Assembly: GCA_031259035.1 (NCBI GenBank)
Contig: JAIRLZ010000220.1
Span: 1-29,651, forward strand
Direction of reading: 5' to 3'
Length of the DNA stretch: 29,651 nucleotides
From: Treponema sp.
Lineage (GTDB): Bacteria > Spirochaetota > Spirochaetia > Treponematales > Breznakiellaceae
In this document: positions 16,672 to 26,183 of the stretch, piece after piece
Layout of the letters: each line of letters opens with the position of its first letter
How positions within the stretch are numbered: the stretch's first letter is position 1
The notes under the pieces: model-generated
Databases searched by the model: none
What the model was told of the DNA's origin: nothing
What the model saw: only the letters and a program-made list of their open reading frames with translations
Made by a program: the position numbers and the translations under genes

Positions 16672-17274
16672 ATGAACATTTTGCTTGATGACGAAGACGA
16701 GGAACAGGAAAAAAAAGAGGCGAAATCCCAGGAATTGGATCCGCTTGTGTCAAAGCTGCTCAAAACAAGGACAATACTTCTGTCCGGTGAGATAAACAAA
16801 GACCTTGCTGAAAAGACGGTCAGGCAGCTTTTGCTTTTGGAAGACATGGGCGGCGGCCCTATCTACATATTTATCGATTCGCCCGGCGGCGACGCGGACG
16901 CGGGCTACGCGATTTTCGATATGATCCGGTTTGTGAAACCGGACGTGTGGACCATTGGCATGGGGCTTGTCGCAAGCGCGGCCGCGATTATTCAGCTTGC
17001 AAGCCCGAAAGAACGCCGCGTCGGCCTGCCGAACAGCCATTATCTCATTCATCAGCCGCTTTCCGGCATCCAGGGCGTTGCGACCGACATTGAAATACAC
17101 GCGCGCGAACTTGAGAAACTGCGGGCGAAGATCAACAGGCTCATAGCCAGTGAAACGGGCGCCGCCGTAGAGAAAGTGGAAAAAGACACGGATCGTGATT
17201 TTTGGATGAACGCGGAAGAAGCGGTTGAATATGGGCTTGTTTCAAGAATTATTACGAAAAGGAGCGAGTTATAG
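16672..17274 (+). CDS. clpP: ATP-dependent Clp protease proteolytic subunit
   Basis: IDSPGG, catalytic Ser in GLVASAAA, HQP, DRDFWM.A.EA..YGL. Confidence 0.96.
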   Translation: MNILLDDEDEEQEKKEAKSQELDPLVSKLLKTRTILLSGEINKDLAEKTVRQLLLLEDMGGGPIYIFIDSPGGDADAGYAIFDMIRFVKPDVWTIGMGLVASAAAIIQLASPKERRVGLPNSHYLIHQPLSGIQGVATDIEIHARELEKLRAKINRLIASETGAAVEKVEKDTDRDFWMNAEEAVEYGLVSRIITKRSEL

Positions 17275-17296
17275 TCATTTTAATCCTTTGGGACAC

Positions 17297-17324
17297 TTGA
17301 CAAGAGAAGCGCTTTTTTTAAAAT
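17297..17324 (+). promoter_or_regulatory. sigma70-type leaderless promoter of the ABC cassette
   Basis: TTGACA - 16 bp - TAAAAT - 6 nt - ATG; no SD. Confidence 0.65.
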
Positions 17325-17330
17325 AAGACT

Positions 17331-18017
17331 ATGTTAATCGCACTGAAAGATATTTATAAAACATATCCCATGGGAACGGTGACGGTAAACGCGCTTAAAG
17401 GGATCAGCCTTGACATAGAAAAAGGCGCGTTTATCGCCGTTGCCGGCGCGTCTGGTTCGGGAAAAACGACGCTTATGAATATCATCGGGCTTATAGACAA
17501 GCCTACAAGCGGCGCGCTGCTGATAAATGGCAAGGAAACCGGCGCTTTGAGCAGGGGAGAAATAGTCAGGATGAGGCAGAAGACGATTGGCTTCATATTT
17601 CAATCGTTCAACCTGTTGCCGGTGCTTGATGTTTTTGAAAATGTCGAGCTTCCTATGATCATCCGCAAGGACTCCGGCTCGAAAGCCGAGCGCCGCGAGT
17701 GGGTTGAATCGCTGGTGGAGGAGGTTGGGCTTGCCGACCGTATGCGCCACATGCCCGCCGAACTTTCGGGCGGCGAGCAGCAGCGGGTCGCTATAGCCCG
17801 CGCCTTGGTCAACCGTCCGCACATCATCATCGCGGATGAACCGACTGCCAACCTTGACTCGGAAAATGGACGGCGCGTGCTTGAACTCTTGCGGAAAGTT
17901 CAGAAAAACGAGGGGACGACGCTCATCATTTCTACACACGATTCGGACATCTGGAAAATAGCGCAGACGATTGTTCATCTCCGCGACGGCGCTATAGCAT
18001 CGGAGGAGCGGCATTGA
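17331..18017 (+). CDS. ABC transporter ATPase, LolD/MacB type
   Basis: [42 protein letters not shown]-loop STH. Confidence 0.95.
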   Translation: MLIALKDIYKTYPMGTVTVNALKGISLDIEKGAFIAVAGASGSGKTTLMNIIGLIDKPTSGALLINGKETGALSRGEIVRMRQKTIGFIFQSFNLLPVLDVFENVELPMIIRKDSGSKAERREWVESLVEEVGLADRMRHMPAELSGGEQQRVAIARALVNRPHIIIADEPTANLDSENGRRVLELLRKVQKNEGTTLIISTHDSDIWKIAQTIVHLRDGAIASEERH

Positions 18018-19480
18018 TATGGCAATTGATCCTGCGGAACAGCATCCGTAACAGGAAAAGCAACAGTATCATCATTCTCCTTATAGGCAGCATCACTTTT
18101 CTTTTCTTTGCCGGCAACAGCCTCATCGGAAGGACGGCTCAAAGCATGAGGGATACGTTCATAAACGGCGTTACGGGCGACGTGGTGATAGAGAAATCAG
18201 GCGATGTCACCATGAACCTTTTCGGCGCGAATATGGCGATTGTAAATGAATATTTTTCTATACCCGTACTTCCCGCCTATAACGCGCTTGTTGAAATCAT
18301 CGCCGCGGATCCTAAGGTCGCGGGCATGACCAGCCAAGTGTCCGGGCAGGCGGTTCTTGATTTTGAAAGCTACCGCGCTCCCGCGCTGTTGTGCGGCGTT
18401 GATCCTGAAACCTACTTTCCCCTTTTCCCGTCCATAGAGCTTGTTGAAGGGCGGTTTTTACTGAATGGCGAGTTCGGCGCTATGTTGTCGAAAGAAAAAG
18501 CCTTGGCTGTTGAGAGGGACACCGGAACATATCCGGGTGTGGGCGAGAAAATCCTGCTTACGTCAGCCGGAGTCGCGGGCTTTAAGATTCGGGAAGCGCC
18601 GGTGATCGGCATCTATCAATACAAAAACGCCGGTCAATATATGAATGAAATCGTTATAACGGATGTTCAGACCGCGCGTGTACTTACCTCAATTCAGGTC
18701 GCGTCTTCAGACACGTCTGTAGACGCCGAGTCCGGAGAAGAAGTCGCGCCGCTTATGGCGTCCGGCATTGACGACCTCTTTGGGGGGGATTCGGTTGATT
18801 TTCTGGAAGCAGGCGAGGAGATGTCTCCGGACGCGGTTTCTTCGTTTTTAAGCGAGGCCAGAGAAAAGGCGCCGGTACAAGCCGCGAGTGGAGACTGGAA
18901 TTTCATCATTGTACGCTTAAAGAAGGGGTTTTTTTCATCCACCGCTTCTTTTATAAACGATTTGAACAAAAAGCTCTCCTCTTACGGAGTGACGGCGGTG
19001 AATTGGCAGATTGCGGCGGGCGAATCGGCTGTCATGATGATCATTTTGCAAACCCTCTTCAACAGCGGTATAAGTCTGGTCAGCATTGTGGGCATGATCG
19101 CCGTCATCAATATTCTGTTGATTTCGGTTTTCAAGCGCAAGCGCGAAATAGGAACGCTCAGATCAATAGGAGCCGCGGACCGGTTCATCCGGAGCCTTTT
19201 CTTGGGAGAAAATCTTGCGCTGTCCTGCGTATCGGGACTTGCCGGCGTCCTTGCCGGCATCCTTTTCTTTCAATATATCAACGCTATGCGTATAACGATT
19301 TCGAACGATCTTCTGGCGTCTTTGCTGGGAGGAGGCGTTTTGAATATAGAATTTTTCCCGCAGAGCGCCGCAGCGGCTTTGGCGCTCGCCGTGGTTTTGG
19401 GATTTGGGGCTTCGATCTACCCGGTTGAAGAAGCGGCGCGCATGGAACCTGCCGCCGCGCTCAGAGATTCGAGGGCGTAA
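18014..19480 (+). CDS. FtsX/MacB-type ABC permease with a large periplasmic domain
   Basis: One N-terminal TM, large soluble domain, KRKREIGTLRSIG motif, three C-terminal TMs; TTG start overlaps the ATPase stop (TTGA). Confidence 0.85.
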   Translation: MIWQLILRNSIRNRKSNSIIILLIGSITFLFFAGNSLIGRTAQSMRDTFINGVTGDVVIEKSGDVTMNLFGANMAIVNEYFSIPVLPAYNALVEIIAADPKVAGMTSQVSGQAVLDFESYRAPALLCGVDPETYFPLFPSIELVEGRFLLNGEFGAMLSKEKALAVERDTGTYPGVGEKILLTSAGVAGFKIREAPVIGIYQYKNAGQYMNEIVITDVQTARVLTSIQVASSDTSVDAESGEEVAPLMASGIDDLFGGDSVDFLEAGEEMSPDAVSSFLSEAREKAPVQAASGDWNFIIVRLKKGFFSSTASFINDLNKKLSSYGVTAVNWQIAAGESAVMMIILQTLFNSGISLVSIVGMIAVINILLISVFKRKREIGTLRSIGAADRFIRSLFLGENLALSCVSGLAGVLAGILFFQYINAMRITISNDLLASLLGGGVLNIEFFPQSAAAALALAVVLGFGASIYPVEEAARMEPAAALRDSRA

Positions 19481-19481
19481 G

Positions 19482-20801
19482 ATGAAAGTGATAAAACTTG
19501 TTTCGCTTGCCATCCGATACCTTTCACGGTACAGACGCAGGTATTTTTTTCTCTTTCTTGCCCTCGCCATCGGTTTTGCGGTTATCACCGCGATTATGGC
19601 GGTAAAAGAGGGTATGACCGCGATGCTGTACCAGACGGCTCAGTCCCATTACGCGGGCGATCTGATTGCGCTGGGCTGGGATCATGACGGCGTAGGAAGT
19701 ACGCTTCGTCTTGGACACGGGGAAATAGACGCGATCCTCGCCCTCGCGGAGCGAAATAATCTCAACCCGGATCGCATTGTGATGCGCACTAATTTTATGA
19801 GCGAAGCCGCGCTCTATTACAACGGGAACAAGGCGCGGCTCAAATACGTGAACGGCGTTGATTGGGATGTGGAAGCGGAACTGTTCAACAGCTTCAATTA
19901 TGAAGCGAAGCCTGAAAAACCCTTGGATGGCGATGAAGCGATTTTGATTTCTTCCCCCGTCGCCCATTATTTGGGCATTCGGCAAGGCGACAGCCTTATT
20001 CTTGAGGTTAGAAACTACCTGGGGCAGAGAAACACGGGCAATTTCATTGTCGCCGGCATTATTGAAGACAAAACTATTTTTGGCTACTTTAAGAGCTACG
20101 TTTCACGAGCCGCGTTGAACGAACTGGTGGGTTTTAACCCGGGGGAATGTTCAAGCGTTGGTTTTTTCTTTGATGACAAGAGAAGCGATATTGACTGGAA
20201 TAAGACGCTGCTTCAACGGGGGCTTGAAGAAAGCGGCGCGAATGTCGCCGCCATGTTGCAAAATCGCTCTGATTTTGAAACGGAGCAGCTTGCCGAGTGG
20301 AGCGGCGTCAGGGTTTTTATACTAACCCTTGAAATTTACCTTTCCGAGGTTGACGATTTGTTGAAAGCGATGGATATCCTTTCATATCTGCTGTTTGTCA
20401 TGATGCTCATTATTGTGTTTGTCAGCGCCTTGGTGACCTATAAGCTGATCCTGTACGAGCGTTCGCAGGAATTGGGCGCCATGCGCGTGCTTGGTTTCCA
20501 GGAGGGAGATATAACGTGGATGCTGGTCATAGAAGCCGTGTGCTTGGCGCTGATTTCCGTTGCTGTGGGATTCTTGTTCTCCATCGTTTTGGTGAACATT
20601 CTTTCCACGCTGCCGTTCTCGAACATCGCGGGCTTTGAAATGTTTATGAAAGATGGAAAACTTTTTGCGCTGTATCGCCTTGAAACCTTTTTGTTCAATA
20701 CGCTGGCTGTCTTCGCGGCGCTGCTGCCCGCACTCGGCATTCCGGCGTTCATCGCCTCACGCGGTTCTCTGCCCGAAATGCTCAGCGGAAACGGCGAATA
20801 A
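19482..20801 (+). CDS. Second FtsX/MacB-type ABC permease
   Basis: Same 1+3 TM topology, ERSQELGAMRVLG motif; ATG 1 nt after the previous stop. Confidence 0.85.
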   Translation: MKVIKLVSLAIRYLSRYRRRYFFLFLALAIGFAVITAIMAVKEGMTAMLYQTAQSHYAGDLIALGWDHDGVGSTLRLGHGEIDAILALAERNNLNPDRIVMRTNFMSEAALYYNGNKARLKYVNGVDWDVEAELFNSFNYEAKPEKPLDGDEAILISSPVAHYLGIRQGDSLILEVRNYLGQRNTGNFIVAGIIEDKTIFGYFKSYVSRAALNELVGFNPGECSSVGFFFDDKRSDIDWNKTLLQRGLEESGANVAAMLQNRSDFETEQLAEWSGVRVFILTLEIYLSEVDDLLKAMDILSYLLFVMMLIIVFVSALVTYKLILYERSQELGAMRVLGFQEGDITWMLVIEAVCLALISVAVGFLFSIVLVNILSTLPFSNIAGFEMFMKDGKLFALYRLETFLFNTLAVFAALLPALGIPAFIASRGSLPEMLSGNGE

Positions 20802-20896
20802 GGCGCGTTCTAAAAAAGACGTTTGGGAAAGGCGGGCTGAAGTTCGCTTTTTTCAAGGGAAATCTGAGGGATTTTCTCAAGGTTTCCCGAGCGGTT

Positions 20897-20955
20897 TGTT
20901 GCGCTTGTAGGTTTTGCGGCGTAAAGCGTCGCAAAAAGCTTGATTTATGGGTTGC
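20897..20955 (+). repeat. Family C element, copy 2
   Basis: 19-bp exact match to 2256..2274 and 13/14 match to 2310..2323; a different central hairpin ttttgcg...cgcaaaa. Confidence 0.75.
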
Positions 20956-21015
20956 TTTGGATCAGAGCCATAACCTGAAATTTTGAGAAAATTTCTACTA
21001 AAAAAAGGAAAAGAA

Positions 21016-21043
21016 TTGAAAAAGCATTATAGTGTGGTATATT
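21016..21043 (+). promoter_or_regulatory. sigma70-type near-leaderless promoter of the LolA-like operon
   Basis: TTGAAA - 16 bp - (TGg)TATATT - 8 nt - ATG; shares gtggtatattata with the rseP promoter; no SD. Confidence 0.6.
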
Positions 21044-21051
21044 ATAATACT

Positions 21052-21828
21052 ATGAAGGGTATATTGGCGAGGATTATTTTTTCTTCACTTTTCGCCGTTT
21101 TGATGATAGGCTCGTTGAGCGCTCTCACGGATACGGAATTGCTGAAACGGGCGGATGATCTGGTCAGTTATCTTGAATCCGATTTTTCCGCGGAATATAC
21201 CATTGTTGAAGACAAGCCGGGTCAGGCGCGGACGACAACCGTAGCGGCGGTATTCAGGCGGGATTCTCAAGAGACGTATGTAATTGTGATCCTCCAACCG
21301 AGTATAAGCCGCGGACAGGGCTACCTCAAACAGGGCGGCACATTGTGGTTTTACGATCCGGAGAGCAAGCGTTTTAACACGACGAGCAGCAGCGACCGGT
21401 TTCAAAACACCAACGCCAGCAATTCCGATTTCACGCGATCAACCTTGTCTCAGGATTATCAGGTGATTTCCGGAGAAGATGCGAGGCTTGGCAAGTACAA
21501 GTGCAGGCTTCTTACATTGCTTTCCAAATCCAAAGGCGTACAGTATCCCAGAATGAGATTGTGGATAAGCGAGGATGGATTAGTGCGTAAAAGTGAAGAT
21601 TGCAGCCTTTCAGGCCAGCTTTTGCGTACTTCGGCCATCCCCGACTACTACAAAATGGGAAATCGGTACGTTCCCAGGCAGATTCTTTTTGAAGACGCGC
21701 TTAAAGGCGCGGTTGTAAACGGCGTGTTTGTTAAAGAAAGGACATTGATAACCATCACGAAGCCTTCCTTTGCCGGAGTTGGCGATTATATTTTCTCAAA
21801 AACTTATTTGGAGATGGTAAACAATTAA
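21052..21828 (+). CDS. LolA-like (outer-membrane lipoprotein-sorting family) periplasmic protein
   Basis: Signal peptide; G..YL..G..LWFYDP...R and F......SDF, Y....LWI...GL motifs resembling the LolA-like family. Confidence 0.8.
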   Translation: MKGILARIIFSSLFAVLMIGSLSALTDTELLKRADDLVSYLESDFSAEYTIVEDKPGQARTTTVAAVFRRDSQETYVIVILQPSISRGQGYLKQGGTLWFYDPESKRFNTTSSSDRFQNTNASNSDFTRSTLSQDYQVISGEDARLGKYKCRLLTLLSKSKGVQYPRMRLWISEDGLVRKSEDCSLSGQLLRTSAIPDYYKMGNRYVPRQILFEDALKGAVVNGVFVKERTLITITKPSFAGVGDYIFSKTYLEMVNN

Positions 21829-23450
21829 TGAGACGTATTGTATATGTGTTTCTTTTAACTTTATGCGAAGCGAGCTTTTTGCACGCTCAGGCGGCGCCGC
21901 TGGAAGGCGCGGATTCCGGGACTTTGTTGGATATTGACGCGCTAGGCGACATTGATTCTTTATTTGAAGAGAAAACGCCACCTGCCGCCGCGTCCAACCA
22001 GACGAAGACGCCGGCGGCGGATCCCGCGGTTGCGGCGCCGCAATCCAAACCAGCCGTTGCGCCGCAGTCCAAGCCGCCGGCGGCGCAGCCGGCTTCCGTG
22101 ATTTCCAACCTCAAGAAAAAAGGCTTCAGCTTAAACGCGAGCTACTCTTTTACCGGCGGCTTTTTTCCGGGATGGGATGAGGCGCCGTGGTATTGGGATG
22201 AATACCCCTATTATAAAGAAACTTCATTGCCGGCCGTCCTTATGACATCCTCCTTGGGGCTTAATTACCAGATTTCCGATACGTTGGGAGTGAGGTCGAC
22301 GTTCTCGTTCTCTTTTCCCAAGTTTGCCATTGCGGTGGAGACCTTTTACCTTGATTACTCAATAAACAACAAGGTTTTTTTACGGGCGGGTAAATTTACA
22401 TACAACTGGGGAATTTCAAGAGATTTTGTTTTCGCCAATCTTTTAGCGCTCGTTCCGTCAGCTTCCCAGCGCGGCAACGCGACAGGCAACACGAAGTATT
22501 ATAATGAGAATGTGTATTATGAGGGGAATGATGAGGAAGGGGAAAAAAATATTCCGGCAGGGTGGTACCCCAAGAAAGTCGCTCGCTATACACCATACTC
22601 CGGAAAAAACGACGCCTACACAGCGCGGCTGTCCATTCCCATTGGGATAGGCGGTTTGGAATTTGTCGCTATAGCGCGTGATGATTTTTTTGTTGAGACC
22701 AACATACAGAAGGATTTGATCTATTGGGGCGGCAAGTACAATCTCGCCTTCAAGAAAGTGGATATTAACACCGGGTTTATGTATAGCGAGATTATGCCTT
22801 TACACATTGCGCTTTCGGTTAAGACAACCATCCTGAACACCGAAATATACTCTGAAGGAATCGCCGCCATTGGGAGCGGCGAGCTTATAGAGGGGGAACT
22901 AATTAAGGTGGGCAGTAAAGGTGAGAAGTTGGCCGAAAAGGATCAATGGGCGCCGTCTACCCGTGAAAGAAAGTGGGATGCGCTTGCTTTTTCCGGCAGC
23001 GTTGGCGTTGCGCGGGATTTTTTTTCCAAGAAACTCACGGTCGGCGCTGAATATTTCTATAATGGAGAGTCAGACCTTCAGTGGATGACCGAAGCCGATA
23101 TTGAGAAAGGACTGACGAGCAAAGTCCGCGAGCTTATTCAAGGCAACAACCTTGCGCTCAACCTTTCTTTCAAACCCGGATGGCGTGATTTGCGGTTTGC
23201 CGTAAAATTCCTTTACGGGATTGATTACAACACCATGACGCTTGTGCCGGGAATACGGGTTGTTCCTTTTCCGAATATGGCGGTGTCTTTAGGCGTTCTG
23301 ATGGCGCTTGGCAACAGGGCGGATAAGGGTTACGAGGACGATCACGCTGGTTACTATTACCGCCATAATACGGATGAGAAAGATCGTCCTTTCAGCGTTG
23401 CGCTCACCGTTACTTTCAGCGGAAGCCATAGATGGGATAATTATAAATGA
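21828..23450 (+). CDS. Putative outer-membrane beta-barrel protein
   Basis: Signal peptide, acidic and Pro/Ala-rich N-terminal linker, then many alternating hydrophobic strands (e.g. VFLRAGKFTYNWG, LTVGAEYFYNG, VALTVTF); TAATG coupling with the upstream gene. Confidence 0.55.
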   Translation: MRRIVYVFLLTLCEASFLHAQAAPLEGADSGTLLDIDALGDIDSLFEEKTPPAAASNQTKTPAADPAVAAPQSKPAVAPQSKPPAAQPASVISNLKKKGFSLNASYSFTGGFFPGWDEAPWYWDEYPYYKETSLPAVLMTSSLGLNYQISDTLGVRSTFSFSFPKFAIAVETFYLDYSINNKVFLRAGKFTYNWGISRDFVFANLLALVPSASQRGNATGNTKYYNENVYYEGNDEEGEKNIPAGWYPKKVARYTPYSGKNDAYTARLSIPIGIGGLEFVAIARDDFFVETNIQKDLIYWGGKYNLAFKKVDINTGFMYSEIMPLHIALSVKTTILNTEIYSEGIAAIGSGELIEGELIKVGSKGEKLAEKDQWAPSTRERKWDALAFSGSVGVARDFFSKKLTVGAEYFYNGESDLQWMTEADIEKGLTSKVRELIQGNNLALNLSFKPGWRDLRFAVKFLYGIDYNTMTLVPGIRVVPFPNMAVSLGVLMALGNRADKGYEDDHAGYYYRHNTDEKDRPFSVALTVTFSGSHRWDNYK

Positions 23451-24616
23451 GCAATGGATGCAAAACCAAAAATAAAATAAAAGTGCTTCAAATTAACAAA
23501 TTTTACGCGCCGTGGGTGGGAGGAGTTGAAAGGGTAGTCCAAAATATAGCGGAAGGTCTCAATGATAGAAGCGATATGAAGGTGCTTGTGTGCCAGAATG
23601 AAGGTAAAGCCGAGGAGACGACTGTAAACAATATCCGGGTAATCCGTTCTTCAAGCCTCGGCATCCTTTACTCAATGCCTGTATCGTTGGATTTCATATT
23701 CAAATTGTGGAAACTGTCAAGGCAGCACGATATTTTGTTGTTTCACACGCCCTTTCCATTGGCGGATCTGGCCTGTCTCTTTTCGGGATACAAAGGGAAA
23801 GTTATTGTGTGGTGGCACAGCGACATTATCAGCCAGCGGAAACTGCTTAAAGTCATAAAACCAATTTTGAAGAGATTTTTGCGCCGGGCGGATATTGTTG
23901 TGGCGGCGACGCAGGCGCATATAGACAATTCGGATTTCTTGGGGCCGTATAAAGACAAGTGCAGGGTGATCCCTTTTGGCTTGAAATTCTCTGATTATGA
24001 ACAGGTGAACATCGATAATTATCTCATGGATAAATTGTTCAACAAACAAAACAAGAAACTGTTGTTTGTCGGCAGGCTGGTGTATTACAAAGGCATCGAT
24101 GTCCTCATTCATGCGATGCGGGCGGTACGGGGGGCGGAACTGTTCGTCACCGGATCCGGCGTTTTGGAATGCGAGCTAAAAGCCCGCGTTGAAGCGGAAA
24201 ATTTGGGAGAAAAAATTCATTTTCTCGGCTACCTGCCCTTTGAGGAACTGAAAGCCGCTTACGCGGACTGTGACATATTTGTGTTTCCGTCCAACGCCAA
24301 TGTCGAAGCCTTTGGGCTTGCGCAAATGGAAGCCATGTTCTACGGCAAGCCTGTCGTCAACACCAACTTGCCCACAGGAGTGCCTCTGGTGAGCGTTGAC
24401 GGGAAGACCGGCTTGACCGTGCCGGTAAACGACGCGGACGCCTTGTCTGTCGCTATTCAACGCTTGATTGACGACGACGAACTTCGCGGCCGTTTGGGAG
24501 CGAATGCCAGACAACGAGTATATGAAGAATACAGCTTTGAGAGGATGATAGACAAAGTGTATGATCTTTGTGAAGAATTGATGAATCATGGTAGTACAAA
24601 ACCTCCTGCTTCCTGA
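23447..24616 (+). CDS. GT4 glycosyltransferase
   Basis: KVLQINKFY.P..GGVE, FVGRLVYYKG, EAFGLAQMEAM..GKPVV; ATGA overlap with the barrel gene. Confidence 0.93.
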   Translation: MSNGCKTKNKIKVLQINKFYAPWVGGVERVVQNIAEGLNDRSDMKVLVCQNEGKAEETTVNNIRVIRSSSLGILYSMPVSLDFIFKLWKLSRQHDILLFHTPFPLADLACLFSGYKGKVIVWWHSDIISQRKLLKVIKPILKRFLRRADIVVAATQAHIDNSDFLGPYKDKCRVIPFGLKFSDYEQVNIDNYLMDKLFNKQNKKLLFVGRLVYYKGIDVLIHAMRAVRGAELFVTGSGVLECELKARVEAENLGEKIHFLGYLPFEELKAAYADCDIFVFPSNANVEAFGLAQMEAMFYGKPVVNTNLPTGVPLVSVDGKTGLTVPVNDADALSVAIQRLIDDDELRGRLGANARQRVYEEYSFERMIDKVYDLCEELMNHGSTKPPAS

Positions 24617-26183
24617 AACAATAAACCAGCTTTATATACGCGCTTGCGGCGCGGACATCAAACTTCAGAACAAAAGTATGCGCATTAACGCCCATGGAGA
24701 AGCGGCGTTTACAACGTATTATAATAGCTTCGCTCTAAAAAAGTGGAAAAAATATACCGTTATTGGACAAATCTCTTTGGCGTTGACAGCGAAAGGATGT
24801 TTTGAAGCGACGCTTCTCGGTTTTGAGGTTCAACGCGGCTTAAAAGGCAAACTGGAAGGCGGTTTTGTTGAGAAACCGTTGGGTAGAAAGACATTTTCTT
24901 TGCCGGAACCCGGAGAGTGTGAGATTGCCTATCCTGATTGCGAATGCGATCTGCTTGCCTTTACGATCAGGGCGTTTGAAGATTCGGAGTTGTACGGCGG
25001 CGCGTACCGCTCGGCTGTTGACGAAGACCTGCCGGACATTAACCTTGCGCTTGCCATTTGCACCTATAAACGGGAGCGTTATATTAAAACGAATCTGGCT
25101 ATGCTGAATGAGACGCTCTTTTCCAACAGCCATTCAATGTTGAACGGCCATGTGCGGGTGTATATTGCGGACAACGGGCGAACTTTGAAAAAGGAAGAAA
25201 TCGAAAGCGAAACGGTGAAAGTCTTTCCCAATATCAACAGCGGCGGTTCCGGCGGGTTTTCGCGTTGCATGATTGAAGCGCTTGCCGGCAAAGACCGGTA
25301 CAACCTGACGCATATCGTACTTATGGACGATGACATCTTCTTTACGCATGATGTGTTGGCGCGCACCTATATGTTTCTCCGGCTGCTGAAAAAAGATCAC
25401 GCGGATATCGTGATAAGCGGCGCGATGCTCCTGATGGACAAGCCGCACATTCAGTATGCATCCGGAGAAATTATAAAACCAACCGGAATTGTACAGTATA
25501 AACGAGGCTATGATCTGACTGACCTCAGGTCAATAGTCCTCAATGAGATTGAAATGCCGTCAAATTATTGCGGATGGTGGTATTGCTGTTTCCAGCTTGC
25601 TCACGCTTTGAGCGGCGACTTGGCGTTGCCGCTTTTTTTTCAATATGATGACACCGAATGGGGATTGAGAAACAAACGGCGTGAGAAGGTCGTGGTGAGC
25701 GGCGTTTGTGTCCGCCACGAGTCCTTTGACGCAAAGCGCGCCGGCTGGAAAGACTACTATTCCATGCGCAACCGCCTCATTGTAGCGACACTGCATAGAG
25801 ATTCCGCTTTTCGAGGCTGCGGCGCCCTGTATTTTCAGTCGATGATTTTTATCAAGATACTCTATAGAATAGTGTTTTTCAGATTCAACGACGCCGAATT
25901 GATGATGACGGCGGTGGAGGATTACTGCCGGGGGATAGAGTGGCTTGGCGCGGTGGATTCCGCCGCGCTGCTTCGGGACGTTCAACAGCGCGCCGCGAAG
26001 GAAGCGAAAAAAAGCCCGCTTGAAAGCCTGTCTACCGGCATGGCGCTTACGGCGCGGCTCTTGAAGCTGCTGTGGGTCTTCGGCGTGAAGTTTAAGCGAA
26101 TCGCCGCGGATTACATCAAGAATTATCATCGTTTCATCACCGAAGATTTTTGGCGGGAACATTTTGGCTTAAAGGACAAATAG
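24588..26183 (+). CDS. GT2 glycosyltransferase, GlfT2-like galactofuranosyltransferase
   Basis: Extra N-terminal domain, ICTYKR, N.GGSGGF, LMDDD, YDD.EWGLR, YY..RN; adjacent to glf. Confidence 0.8.
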   Translation: MVVQNLLLPETINQLYIRACGADIKLQNKSMRINAHGEAAFTTYYNSFALKKWKKYTVIGQISLALTAKGCFEATLLGFEVQRGLKGKLEGGFVEKPLGRKTFSLPEPGECEIAYPDCECDLLAFTIRAFEDSELYGGAYRSAVDEDLPDINLALAICTYKRERYIKTNLAMLNETLFSNSHSMLNGHVRVYIADNGRTLKKEEIESETVKVFPNINSGGSGGFSRCMIEALAGKDRYNLTHIVLMDDDIFFTHDVLARTYMFLRLLKKDHADIVISGAMLLMDKPHIQYASGEIIKPTGIVQYKRGYDLTDLRSIVLNEIEMPSNYCGWWYCCFQLAHALSGDLALPLFFQYDDTEWGLRNKRREKVVVSGVCVRHESFDAKRAGWKDYYSMRNRLIVATLHRDSAFRGCGALYFQSMIFIKILYRIVFFRFNDAELMMTAVEDYCRGIEWLGAVDSAALLRDVQQRAAKEAKKSPLESLSTGMALTARLLKLLWVFGVKFKRIAADYIKNYHRFITEDFWREHFGLKDK

